Below the pieces are notes generated by a model. The model had not been told where the DNA came from and ran no database searches. It worked only from the letters and a program-made list of their open reading frames with translations. Below, in pieces: positions 28,960 to 38,258 of a stretch of DNA of 64,000 bases (the stretch's first letter is position 1; each line of letters starts with the position of its first letter). The stretch lies in the NCBI GenBank assembly GCA_002869165.1, contig PKTK01000001.1, positions 446,005-510,004 of the forward strand. The letters run 5' to 3'. This stretch comes from Candidatus Parcubacteria bacterium. GTDB taxonomy: Bacteria > Patescibacteriota > Patescibacteriia > Patescibacteriales > UBA12075. The position numbers and the translations under genes are program-made.

Positions 28960-29319
28960 TTATTTACATTTTTCTATGATTGAGCCGAATATTTTTGTTA
29001 ATTCTATTGATTCTTTTATTAAGTTTTTTCTTTCTATCTCTAAATCTTCGTTAAAATTTATCAATTTAAGCCAATAGGTGCTTTCTTTTGCTTCTTTTCG
29101 GCTAATTTTAATTCTATGAATAAAATCTTTTTTACTTAATGACTCGTTAGCTTCAATATAATTTGCCCCAACTGAACCAGATGATCTGACTAGTTGTTTT
29201 GAATCTTCTAAATTACAAATATCTTTCTTAATTCTTCTCACCAATAATCTCACATCTCTAGCAAACGCAAATGTCCTATCTTCCAAATCATAATAATTTG
29301 CGCTTTTTGTTTTGGGCAT
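28960..29319 (-). CDS. four-helix-bundle protein (23S rRNA intervening-sequence protein family, TIGR02436-like)
   Basis: SVGANYIEANESLSKKDFIHRIKISRKEAKESTYWLKLI signature. Confidence 0.8.
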   Translation of the reverse strand: MPKTKSANYYDLEDRTFAFARDVRLLVRRIKKDICNLEDSKQLVRSSGSVGANYIEANESLSKKDFIHRIKISRKEAKESTYWLKLINFNEDLEIERKNLIKESIELTKIFGSIIEKCK

Positions 29320-29381
29320 TTTTATTTAAATAATTTGTATTTGTTTAGGATTTATAATTTAGGGTTTAGGATTTTAAAAAG

Positions 29382-30395
29382 TTATATTAACTTTTTCTTC
29401 CCAATATACTCAACCAAATCAGCTAATCTAGCTGAATAACACCATTCGTTGTCGTACCAGGCTACTACCTTGAGTAAATCTCCATCAATCACCTTGGTAC
29501 ACGATAAATCAACTGTAGAACTAGCAGGATTACCAATAAAGTCTGAAGAAACTAATGGCTCATCAGTAACCGATAAATAGTCTTTTAATTTGGCTGATTT
29601 ACTTGCTTTCTTGAAAACCGCATTCACTGTTTTTTCGTCAACTTTTTTCTTGGTAACAAGAACCATATCTACTAGCGAAGCCACTGGAGTTGGCACCCTG
29701 ACTGCCATACCATCAAATTTGCCTTTCAAACTTGGAATAGTGATAGTAGTAGCGATAGCAGCGCCAGTTGTCGTTGGTACGATATTAGCAGCTGCTGCTC
29801 TAGCTCGACGCAGATCTTTGTGAGGGGCATCTACAATACGCTGATCAGCTGTATATGAATGAATAGTGGTCATCATAGCTTTCTTGATGCCAAAATTATC
29901 TTTCAAAACTTTTGTAATTGGTGCTAAACAATTAGTAGTACATGAAGCATTGGAAATAACTTTGTCCGTCTTTTTTAGTTTTTCTTCATTTACTCCAAGA
30001 ACAATTGTTTTTACTCCCCCACCTTTGGCTGGTGCTGAGATAAGTACTTTTTTAGCACCTGCTTTGATATGCTTACTTGCTGTTTCTTTTGTTCTAAAAA
30101 TCCCAGTACATTCAAGAACTATATCAACCTGCATGTCTTTCCATGGCAAGTTTTCCGGTTCGCGTTCTGCTAGAATCTGTATTTTCTTGCCTGCAATTTT
30201 TACAAAATCCTTTCCTACTTCAACTTTTTTCTTATATTGCTTATAGCAAGTATCATACTTAAATAAATGCATCAAAGTTTCTGAATCAGTTAAATCATTG
30301 ATGGCAACAACATTAAGATTTGCATTCTTTTTATCCAAAAGAATCTTTAAAGTGGCCCTACCGATACGGCCAAACCCATTAATAGCGATATTCAT
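29382..30395 (-). CDS. gap: glyceraldehyde-3-phosphate dehydrogenase, type I
   Basis: INGFGRIGR, catalytic SNASCTTNCLAP, WYDNEW. Confidence 0.95.
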   Translation of the reverse strand: MNIAINGFGRIGRATLKILLDKKNANLNVVAINDLTDSETLMHLFKYDTCYKQYKKKVEVGKDFVKIAGKKIQILAEREPENLPWKDMQVDIVLECTGIFRTKETASKHIKAGAKKVLISAPAKGGGVKTIVLGVNEEKLKKTDKVISNASCTTNCLAPITKVLKDNFGIKKAMMTTIHSYTADQRIVDAPHKDLRRARAAAANIVPTTTGAAIATTITIPSLKGKFDGMAVRVPTPVASLVDMVLVTKKKVDEKTVNAVFKKASKSAKLKDYLSVTDEPLVSSDFIGNPASSTVDLSCTKVIDGDLLKVVAWYDNEWCYSARLADLVEYIGKKKLI

Positions 30396-30524
30396 AATAA
30401 TTTCTTAATAATTTTTATATTTATTTATCCACTATATTATACCATAAAACAATAAAATAACAAAAATACCAAGAAAAAAGGATGCAAGGCTAAGTAATTA
30501 AAAATTGAAAAATTTCATTTCTTC

Positions 30525-30688
30525 TGTCATTCTAAACGAAATGAAGAATCTTGTAGAAAGAGGAAAAAGCAGAATTCTTCGGCAAAGCCTTAATACTAAA
30601 CATAAGAAAAATAACCAAACATTATTTATTTATGTTTGGTTATTTCTATTTATATCTTGTAATTTGTTTGTATCTTTTATCCTTACGC
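30525..30688. repeat. composite intergenic repeat, copy 2 (hairpin element then terminator-like module)
   Basis: tgtcATTCTaaacgaaatgaAGAATc arm, degenerate partner, then AACCAAACA-n11-TGTTTGGTT (30613-30641) and tail gtaatttgtttgtatc. Confidence 0.7.
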
Positions 30689-30690
30689 CT

Positions 30691-31512
30691 TTATTTATTA
30701 TGTCTATTCAAATCCACCTCTATCACTGTCTTACCATCTCCATTTTCAGCTTCAAACTCTACATCAACTGATTGTTTTAATACATGATGACCGACCACCT
30801 TGCCTTTTTTGCCGTCCACATTTACTCTTCTTCCGATATCATGTAATTTTTTCATAGATTCTTCATAGCCTTTTTGCTCGTATGAAAGACAACACATCAA
30901 TCTACCACACACTCCGGAAATCCTATCAGAGCCCCTGTGAGAACATTGCTGCATTTCTGCCATATCTGAAGTAATAGAACATAATTCTTTTAAATATCCT
31001 CGACAACACAAACATCTTCCACAGGCCCCCAAATCCCCCATAATATTGGCCTCATCTCTAATACCAATTTGTTGAAGTCTGATTGATTTACTGAAATGCC
31101 TGGTCATATCTTTGACCATATTTCTAAAATCAACTCGTCCATCAGCAATAAAGGCAAATGTTATTCTGGATCTATCAAATGAAAAATGCACATCCACAAA
31201 TTTCATGGGTAAATCGTATTTGTCTTTCAAGCTTTTGGCAAATTCAAGCGCTTCGTTTCTTTCTTTTGGCCCAGCCAACTCACCAGTATCGTGAATTGCT
31301 GCCATTCTTATAATATCATTTATTTCTTCTTCGGTTACTTCTGGATTCTCTTTTTTAACGTCGCTTAGTGTAGTAAATCCGATAACTGCTCCAATCTCAG
31401 TTGCATTATCTATTTTAACAATCACTTTATCGTTTTCAGATATTTCCAAGTCATTGAGCTTAAAAAAATGGATCTTATCCCAAGAAGCAAATTGTACTTT
31501 AGCTAATCTCAT
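30691..31512 (-). CDS. PSP1 domain protein (RicT/YaaT-like)
   Basis: PSP1 C-terminal domain with Cys cluster CGRCLCC...C...CGRLMCCL. Confidence 0.8.
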   Translation of the reverse strand: MRLAKVQFASWDKIHFFKLNDLEISENDKVIVKIDNATEIGAVIGFTTLSDVKKENPEVTEEEINDIIRMAAIHDTGELAGPKERNEALEFAKSLKDKYDLPMKFVDVHFSFDRSRITFAFIADGRVDFRNMVKDMTRHFSKSIRLQQIGIRDEANIMGDLGACGRCLCCRGYLKELCSITSDMAEMQQCSHRGSDRISGVCGRLMCCLSYEQKGYEESMKKLHDIGRRVNVDGKKGKVVGHHVLKQSVDVEFEAENGDGKTVIEVDLNRHNK

Positions 31513-31552
31513 ATATTTAAAGGGTTAAATTGTTATATTGTTTATAAAGTTT

Positions 31553-31658
31553 TGTCATCCTGGGGCTCGGAATGAAGTGAAGAGAACACGGGATCCAGTA
31601 TCATTCTATCACGTATAAGGGATTTCTTCAGTCGTTCCACTCCTTACGAAATGACAAG
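31553..31658. repeat. GTCAT-hairpin element
   Basis: tgtcatcctggggctcggaatgaagtgaagagaacacgggatcc ... gggatttcttcagtcgttccactccttacgaaatgacaag. Confidence 0.75.
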
Positions 31659-31722
31659 TTAAGTATAAAGCTTTTAAGTTTTAATTGAAGAGCAGGAATA
31701 CTCCTGCTCTCTATATCAAAAT

Positions 31723-32523
31723 TTAAAGTGAGAATCTTACAAACTTTTCAATTTTAGCATCTCCGAGAACATCTTCAATTTTTTTCTTATCATCTTTGAT
31801 AAATTCTTGCTTTAGAAGACATACTTCAGAATAATATTTTTCAATTTTTCCTTTCAAAATATTTTCAATAATATTTTCTGGCTTACCTTCTTTTAGAAGT
31901 TGCTCTTTATATATTTCTTTTTCCTTGTCTGTTTCATCAGCTGGAACTTCACTAGGATCAATATATTTAGGACTTGAGGCAGCAATATGCATGGCAATGT
32001 CTTTAGCTAGTTCATTATCGATCTTTTTGTCAAATGATACTAAAACACCAATTTTACCACCCATATGAGAATAAGCAGCTACTGAACCATTTTCTGATTT
32101 TAGCATTTCTATCCCTTTAACGCCCATTTTTTCGCCAATTGTTCCACTTAGATTATCTAGGGTTTCTTGAGCTGTTCCTTCTGACATGGGTTCTGCCATT
32201 AACTCTTCAAGTGAAGCTGGTTTTTTACTTTTTAGAATTTAAAATAACTCTTTGGCATAAGCTTGAAATTTATCGTTTTTTACAACAAAATCAGTTTCAG
32301 CGTTTATTTCAAAAGCATAACCTTCGGTATTATCTTCATTTGTTTCAACTAACACAATACCTTCATTGGTTTCTCTTTCACCTCTTTTAGCTGCTTTTGC
32401 AATTCCTTTTTTACGTAGGATCTCTACTGCCTTTTCAATATCTCCGCCAGTCTCATCAAGAGCTTTTTTACATTCAACCATGCCTGCTCCTGTTTTTTCA
32501 CGAAGTAATTTAATTTTTTCCAT
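31723..32523 (-). CDS. tsf: elongation factor Ts, single in-frame TAA at 32239-32241
   Basis: ORFs 32239..32523 and 31723..32199 are in one frame; UBA-like N-terminus [24 protein letters not shown], then ...KPASLEEL...IGEK... and C-terminal module; downstream of rpsB. Confidence 0.9.
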
Positions 32524-32533
32524 AGAATTCGTA

Positions 32534-32662
32534 TGTCATTGCGAGCGACAGCGAAGCAATCTCGATTTTTTACAATGACTTTAAATATTATTTATTCATT
32601 ACGAAAAATTCAAGCGATATATTCATGAGATTGCCACGTCGCTTCGCTCCTCGCAATGACAA
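32534..32662. repeat. GTCAT-hairpin element (best-preserved copy), inside the rpsB-tsf intergenic region
   Basis: tgtcATTGCgagcgacagcgaaGCAATctc ... gagATTGCcacgtcgcttcgctcctcGCAATgacaa, ~70-bp AT-rich spacer. Confidence 0.85.
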
Positions 32663-32668
32663 AAGTTT

Positions 32669-33358
32669 TTAGGCTTTCTTTTTTACTCCACTCAATGTAT
32701 CTTTGATAGCATTCAAAACCAATTTAATAGTTTTAGTTGCATAATCATTTGATGGAATTGGATATTTAATTCCAGTTGGATTGGTGTTGGTATCACAAAT
32801 CGCCACTACTGGAATATTCTTCTTTTTTGCTTCCAAGATTGCGGTTTTTTCAATTTTGATGTCCCAAATAAACAAAGCATCAGGAAGTTTGTTCATATTA
32901 GTCAAACCACCTACCTTAAGCTCTAATTTTTCGATCTCTCTAGAAATTTCCAGTTGCTCTTTTTTGGTATATCTACTTAATTTACCAGTTGACTTATCAT
33001 CAAGAAGGTCTTTGTACTTTTTAATAAGTTTTTTGATTACCAAAAAATTTGTCAAAGTTCCACCCATCCATTTCTCACAAATATAAGGTTGGTTAAGATC
33101 TGTAGCTGTTTTTTTAATAAGTTCTTTGACTTGCATTTTTGTACCTACAAAAAGAATGGTTTTTCCTTCTTCTGTAAGCTTGGTCATAAAGGCAAGCGCA
33201 TCTTCAAATTTTTGCTTAGATTGAACTAAGTCAATAATGTGAACACCGTTTCTTTTGCCAAAAATAAAAGGCGCCATTTTGGGATGCCACTTACTAGTTC
33301 GGTGGCCAAAATGCATGCCTGACTTAAGCATTTGTTCAATGCTAGGAATTTTACTCAT
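32669..33358 (-). CDS. rpsB: 30S ribosomal protein S2
   Basis: MLKSGMHFGHRTSKWHPKM, ILFVGTK, classic S2 blocks. Confidence 0.95.
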   Translation of the reverse strand: MSKIPSIEQMLKSGMHFGHRTSKWHPKMAPFIFGKRNGVHIIDLVQSKQKFEDALAFMTKLTEEGKTILFVGTKMQVKELIKKTATDLNQPYICEKWMGGTLTNFLVIKKLIKKYKDLLDDKSTGKLSRYTKKEQLEISREIEKLELKVGGLTNMNKLPDALFIWDIKIEKTAILEAKKKNIPVVAICDTNTNPTGIKYPIPSNDYATKTIKLVLNAIKDTLSGVKKKA

Positions 33359-33440
33359 ATTTTTTCCTTTGTTCTTCTATCTAGATTCACGCTAATTTTT
33401 AATTCTCTTATTTTAAGATTTAACATTTTTCTTAAAAATT

Positions 33441-33530
33441 TGTCATTTCGACCGAAGGGAGAAATCTATAATATTTAAATAGTAACACGTATTATAGATC
33501 TCTCCTCCATCCTGTCGTCGAGATGACAAG
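33441..33530. repeat. GTCAT-hairpin element in the rpsB upstream region
   Basis: tgtcATTTCgaccgaagggaGAAATc ... agatctctcctccatcctgtcgtcgagatgacaag. Confidence 0.75.
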
Positions 33531-33660
33531 AAGAAGAGATATAAATAAACTAATATTAGCGAAGGAATTGTTTTTCTAGATATGAAAGATTTTAATAAAT
33601 AAATTATATAAAAAGCCAGAGGCTTTTTGTATAGTTAAGGACAAAATACGTCCAATAACT

Positions 33661-33690
33661 AAAACATGACCCAAAAATGAGTCATGTTTT
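33661..33690 (-). terminator. hairpin after the paralog operon
   Basis: aaaacatgac-ccaaaaatga-gtcatgtttt, 10-bp stem with T-run on the minus strand; a TTGACA/TATAAT-like pair (33720-33692) overlaps just upstream. Confidence 0.5.
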
Positions 33691-33721
33691 AATATTATAT
33701 AATTTGAGTATTTTTGTCAAG

Positions 33722-34147
33722 TTATATTTCACAACAAATAAGTCTTGCTTGAATTCCACAATCAGTATCATTTATTGTATATAGCACGGTTCTTTCATCC
33801 TGCATATAGTCACCAACATAATCCTTATCCACCGTACAACCATGATATTCATACCCCTGTCTTCTTTTCATTGAATGACTTACTATAATCTCGTCTGCGT
33901 CACAGCTTAATGTCAAGTTTTTGTCAAATGTTAAGCCTTCAACTACACGACACTTGTTTGATATTCCTCCAAAATCATCATCTAGATTATTCCACATCGT
34001 CTGGGTAACAGTATCTCCAGCTGACATATTATAACTATTTAAATAAGCTAATACATATGCTCCAAAAGGAGAAAGAACAGCGGCCGAGATAATTAAAACA
34101 AACATAATAACAAATATGGCCGTCAATTTTATTTTAATATTTTTCAT
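33722..34147 (-). CDS. Cys-rich small membrane-anchored/secreted protein, paralog 3
   Basis: Shares AYLNSY...MWNNLDDDFGGIS..C..V.G....L.LSCDADE..V.HSM.R...C......DERTV......DCGIQA.L.CC with 34247..34663 and 34676..35089; likelier start MKNIKIK (34147). Confidence 0.7.
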   Translation of the reverse strand: MKNIKIKLTAIFVIMFVLIISAAVLSPFGAYVLAYLNSYNMSAGDTVTQTMWNNLDDDFGGISNKCRVVEGLTFDKNLTLSCDADEIIVSHSMKRRQGYEYHGCTVDKDYVGDYMQDERTVLYTINDTDCGIQARLICCEI

Positions 34148-34246
34148 ATTTTTTATTATTATAAAATTAAATAAACTTATAGGGTTCAAAACATTTTATC
34201 CCTAGTTTAAAGCTAAAATAAAACCTAGTTTCCAGCTGAAATTATT

Positions 34247-34663
34247 TCAGTCCAATTTACAACAAAGCAATGTTGCCTGAATGCCACAATCAGCATCATC
34301 CAGTCTAAAAAAAACAGTTCTTTCGTCTTGTATCTCATCACCAAAATAATGTTTCATTTCACAATTAGCACTCTCAGGAACCCTTCTCATAGAATGACTA
34401 ACAACAACTTCATCAGCAGCACAAGAAAGAGTCAAAGTTTCTGCATATTCTAAGCCTTCAACAATATGACAATCACTAGAGATTCCTCCAAAATCATCAT
34501 CTAGATTATTCCACATTTCTTCTGTCAATAAGTCCCCCTCTGCTTTTTCGTAACTATTTAGATATGCCAAAACATAAGACCCAAAAGGCAAAAGAACGGC
34601 AACGGAAACAATCAAAACAAATATGATTACAAATGATGTAGTTAGAAATTTTAAATTTTTCAT
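34247..34663 (-). CDS. Cys-rich small membrane-anchored/secreted protein, paralog 2
   Basis: Same architecture: N-terminal hydrophobic helix, six conserved Cys, C-terminal CGIQATLLCC. Confidence 0.7.
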   Translation of the reverse strand: MKNLKFLTTSFVIIFVLIVSVAVLLPFGSYVLAYLNSYEKAEGDLLTEEMWNNLDDDFGGISSDCHIVEGLEYAETLTLSCAADEVVVSHSMRRVPESANCEMKHYFGDEIQDERTVFFRLDDADCGIQATLLCCKLD

Positions 34664-34675
34664 ATTTTTTATATT

Positions 34676-35089
34676 TTAAATATCACAACAAATTAACTTT
34701 GCACGAATTCCACAATTTACATCCTCTATGCTAAACCAAACTGTTCTTTCATCTCGTACACTATCTCCAACATATGCTCTTATATCACAGCCAGAATCAT
34801 TTCTCCTTATCATTGAGTGGTTAATAACCGTCTCATCTGCATCACAAGAAAGAGTCATTTCTTGCGCATATGTTTCACCTGAAACCACACGACAATCGCC
34901 ACTAATTTTACCAAAGTCATCATCAAGGTTATTCCACATCTCTACAGATAATAAATCTCCAGACGACTTTTCGTAGCTATTTAAATAAGCCATAACATAA
35001 GATCCAAAAGGCGACAAAACAGCAACGGAAACGACAAAAACAAACACAGTAACAAACGAAATAGCTAATGTTGATTTATAGTTTTTCAT
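34676..35089 (-). CDS. Cys-rich small membrane-anchored/secreted protein, paralog 1
   Basis: Same architecture; C-terminal CGIRAKLICCDI. Confidence 0.7.
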   Translation of the reverse strand: MKNYKSTLAISFVTVFVFVVSVAVLSPFGSYVMAYLNSYEKSSGDLLSVEMWNNLDDDFGKISGDCRVVSGETYAQEMTLSCDADETVINHSMIRRNDSGCDIRAYVGDSVRDERTVWFSIEDVNCGIRAKLICCDI

Positions 35090-35116
35090 AAATTTTATTA
35101 TTTAATATAATATATT

Positions 35117-36808
35117 TTAATTACAAATATATTCGATAATAGCTTGACCATCTGCTCCATTACCTCCTACGGATTGACCTGGTCCAACAGCTCCACCAGC
35201 TCCAACTACTAAGGTGTAAGTGTTTCCTGCTGCTACAGTTGAAGTGTAATTAACATAGGCTCCGCCTCCGCCTCCGCCAGTAGCACAACTAAAAGAACTA
35301 TATACGGATCCGCCTCCGCCTCCGCCTGGAATAGCACCATCTCCTCCAGAACTTGGTCCAGTAATATCAGTATCTCCAGCTCCTCCTGTCCCTGGTGCAT
35401 TCCCGCCATCACCACCATCACCAGCAGTAGCACAATCAACTCTACCCAAACCTGCACCGCCATCAATATTTATATCACCACCTATAGCAACACCGCCTAC
35501 TGCATCTACTATATCTCCGCCATAGTGCCCACCTCCTGCGAATAAGCCTGCTAGCGTAGTGTCTCCACCTGATTGACCAACATCTGCTGAAAAACCATCA
35601 CCTTTTCCACCTCCACCGCCACCCCAAAGGGAAATCTCAACAGAATCAACATCATCTGGAACAGTAAAAGTATAGGAACCTGGGGTATATGTTGTCACAG
35701 AAGAACAAGTAGAAGGAGGTTCAGGAGATGAAGCTGAACAAAGAGTACAAGGAAATACTGAGGCATCCAAAGTACAGCAAGGAGATGAAACATTAGGTTC
35801 AACTAAAATTCTTGGACTACCCTCAGAATATATACGAGCATTTGTTGCCCATGGATGTGAAGCGTCATTAACCAAACCTACACTATAAGCTTTTCCGTCT
35901 TTGTAAACCTTTAGTGGTGAATAGCTTGTCTTTTCTTCTACGTAAGGAATGATTAAATTATCATCTTCTGCATCATCATAAATACGTAAACCAATATCAA
36001 TATATGAATTCTGAGCTGTACAATAATCGCCTGTTAAATCATACGATGTTACTTGAGGATTTAGATAAGGATTGGAGCTATAGCCACATGTCCAATTCCA
36101 TTCTGTTCCATATTCGGGAAATGATAAGCTCTGAGGATCACCAAATTCACAAAGATCAGTAGATGGAGCTGAATTAATCTCACTCACTTCTGCATATACA
36201 TCATCAGAACTGTCGCTGTTACACTTACCACAGAGTCTTGCTTCATCTGCCTGATTTGAACAACTAGTACCACCTGTAGAACTCCAATTAATAGTTCCAG
36301 CTAGTTGTACTCCAGTACTACAATCTGTTGAAAAATTACTTACTGAAGATACATAGTGGCATGTCTTGGTAATATTGCTTTCTGTGTAGGTATTACTGTG
36401 TGGGAGAGGTGCATTATCACACCACACACCAGACTCATAGTTTGATTTCCAAGGACATATGTCTCTATAATAATTTCCATAAAATGACTTACTACTACAA
36501 CCTATTGAACTACATGTAGGATCCTTGACATACGTATTACCATCACCATCTGTAAAATATAACCAACCTGTATATCCATTATCTGAACAATCTTCTTTGG
36601 GGCTTGAACATTTATACGAAGTATCAATCTTATCCCAACAACTCTCTGTCCAAGAAGTTACTGATTCTGTCCAACAAGCAGGATCCCAATTGGAAGGAGA
36701 AGCTGTATTTACATTACTAGGACATTTATCAGCTGCATTTACTATTGAAGGCAAGGTAAGAAAACCTAAAGCAAAAACTAAGATGGTTAAAAATATTTTT
36801 TTATGCAT
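35117..36808 (-). CDS. secreted Cys/Trp-rich protein with C-terminal glycine-rich domain
   Basis: Signal peptide ...PSIVNA/AD; ~30 Cys; C-terminus TYTPGSYTFTVPDDVDSVEISLWGGGGGGKG...GGGGGAYVNYT...TYTLVVGAGG resembles glycine-rich domains of phage fibre-like proteins. Confidence 0.7.
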   Translation of the reverse strand: MHKKIFLTILVFALGFLTLPSIVNAADKCPSNVNTASPSNWDPACWTESVTSWTESCWDKIDTSYKCSSPKEDCSDNGYTGWLYFTDGDGNTYVKDPTCSSIGCSSKSFYGNYYRDICPWKSNYESGVWCDNAPLPHSNTYTESNITKTCHYVSSVSNFSTDCSTGVQLAGTINWSSTGGTSCSNQADEARLCGKCNSDSSDDVYAEVSEINSAPSTDLCEFGDPQSLSFPEYGTEWNWTCGYSSNPYLNPQVTSYDLTGDYCTAQNSYIDIGLRIYDDAEDDNLIIPYVEEKTSYSPLKVYKDGKAYSVGLVNDASHPWATNARIYSEGSPRILVEPNVSSPCCTLDASVFPCTLCSASSPEPPSTCSSVTTYTPGSYTFTVPDDVDSVEISLWGGGGGGKGDGFSADVGQSGGDTTLAGLFAGGGHYGGDIVDAVGGVAIGGDINIDGGAGLGRVDCATAGDGGDGGNAPGTGGAGDTDITGPSSGGDGAIPGGGGGGSVYSSFSCATGGGGGGAYVNYTSTVAAGNTYTLVVGAGGAVGPGQSVGGNGADGQAIIEYICN

Positions 36809-36819
36809 ATTATTAAATT

Positions 36820-38193
36820 TTAATTTAGTAATTCTTTAGCCTTCTCCTCATACTCAGCTTGTTTTGAACTATCTCCCATTTCCCTATAATCAAAAGAAAT
36901 CTGATAATAAGAACTTATCAAGAGACTTTCCTTTTCTGGAAGTAATATTGAAACATCACTAGAAACTAATTCTATCGCCCTTTCAGCTTCCCCAATCGAC
37001 TCTTCATATTTTTCCTGCATATACAATGCCTGAGCTAAAGTTAAATGATTTCCAGCTTGATTTGTGTTTATATCAACTGCTTTTCTAGCGTAATCTACTG
37101 ATGAATCATAATCTTTTTCATATATGCTAAGCTTTGAAAAAGCAACGTATAAACTTGCTTCCATTGGCGCCATAAGCAAGGCCTCTTCAAGATTCTCCCT
37201 AGCACCAATCAAATTCATATTTCTTAAATCAATAGATGATAAAACCCTATAAGCATTCATCTTTTCACCTGAATCTGAACTTTCGTTACTTATTACTTTT
37301 TGACAGTTTAATTTTGCTTTTTCAAACTCCCCTTTTGAAACATACAAATTGCACAGGTTAGAATAAATAAAAGAATGTTTGTCTGTGTCATCTAACTCAC
37401 TGGCTGTTTCAAGATCTTCTACTGCATTATCTAATAATCCTAACATTCTATTGCTATGCCCTCTACCTGCGTAAGCTTTAAAATTTTCTGAGTCTAACTC
37501 TATTGCCTTGGTATAATTGTCTTTTGCATTTTCGTAGTGTGGCTCTATTTCATAAATATAAGCTTTTACTCTAAATACTTCAGAATTTTCTGGATCGAGT
37601 TGCTCTGCTGATGCGACTGCTTCAAAGGCTTTCTCTACATACTCATCCTGACTACCACCCATTGCCTGATCGTTAAGGGCTTTTTCAGCATAAGCTAAAG
37701 CCAACGATAGAAATGAATCTATATCACTAGCATCTGCTTCTGTTTTTTCTGTGAGAAGTTCAATTCTGTTAAGATTTTTATTTCTTATGTATATTGCCTC
37801 AAGTTCGTCTGGATAATTCTCTCTCAAATAAGCTTCTTTTGACCTAAGGGCTAACAAGCACGCAGAAATTTGATCAGCTACTGATATAGCTTCACAAAAA
37901 GATTCATCCAAAGTTGCTAGAGCCTGATTGTAATAATGAATATCTGTTATGGCTTGCTTACAGTTTTCTTTCATTTTCTCACTTTTTATCTTGTCACAAT
38001 CATCGATATTCTTGGAGTAAACAGCGGAAGCAAAATTATCAGAATCACTAGGAATTTTCTTTTGAATCTGGGAAATTGATTGATTTGCATTTTGGTCTGA
38101 GTTGTCATTCTTGAAGACAAAAAAAGCAAGCACTCCTAGGGCGATTACAGCAAATAATACAAATACAATCCAAATTATTTTATCTTTATTCAT
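36820..38193 (-). CDS. membrane-anchored TPR repeat protein
   Basis: N-terminal TM helix; multiple 34-aa TPR-like units (AxxxYxxAIELD...). Confidence 0.7.
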   Translation of the reverse strand: MNKDKIIWIVFVLFAVIALGVLAFFVFKNDNSDQNANQSISQIQKKIPSDSDNFASAVYSKNIDDCDKIKSEKMKENCKQAITDIHYYNQALATLDESFCEAISVADQISACLLALRSKEAYLRENYPDELEAIYIRNKNLNRIELLTEKTEADASDIDSFLSLALAYAEKALNDQAMGGSQDEYVEKAFEAVASAEQLDPENSEVFRVKAYIYEIEPHYENAKDNYTKAIELDSENFKAYAGRGHSNRMLGLLDNAVEDLETASELDDTDKHSFIYSNLCNLYVSKGEFEKAKLNCQKVISNESSDSGEKMNAYRVLSSIDLRNMNLIGARENLEEALLMAPMEASLYVAFSKLSIYEKDYDSSVDYARKAVDINTNQAGNHLTLAQALYMQEKYEESIGEAERAIELVSSDVSILLPEKESLLISSYYQISFDYREMGDSSKQAEYEEKAKELLN

Positions 38194-38258
38194 ATTTCAA
38201 ATTTATAGTTAATTATTTTATTATCTGACATTCTCATTAAAACAGCCAGAAAAATAAT

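Noticed and set aside
30505-30771. 88-aa plus-strand ORF.
   Set aside because: It runs through composite repeat copy 2 and into the antisense of the PSP1 gene, so it is a repeat-derived artefact.
34247-34249. UGA recoding (code 4/25), as in some candidate phyla.
   Set aside because: Paralog 2 ends with TGA at the position where paralogs 1 and 3 end with TAA. rarA, the response regulator and the DUF2233 gene also end sensibly at TGA, and no conserved gene needs TGA read as sense.
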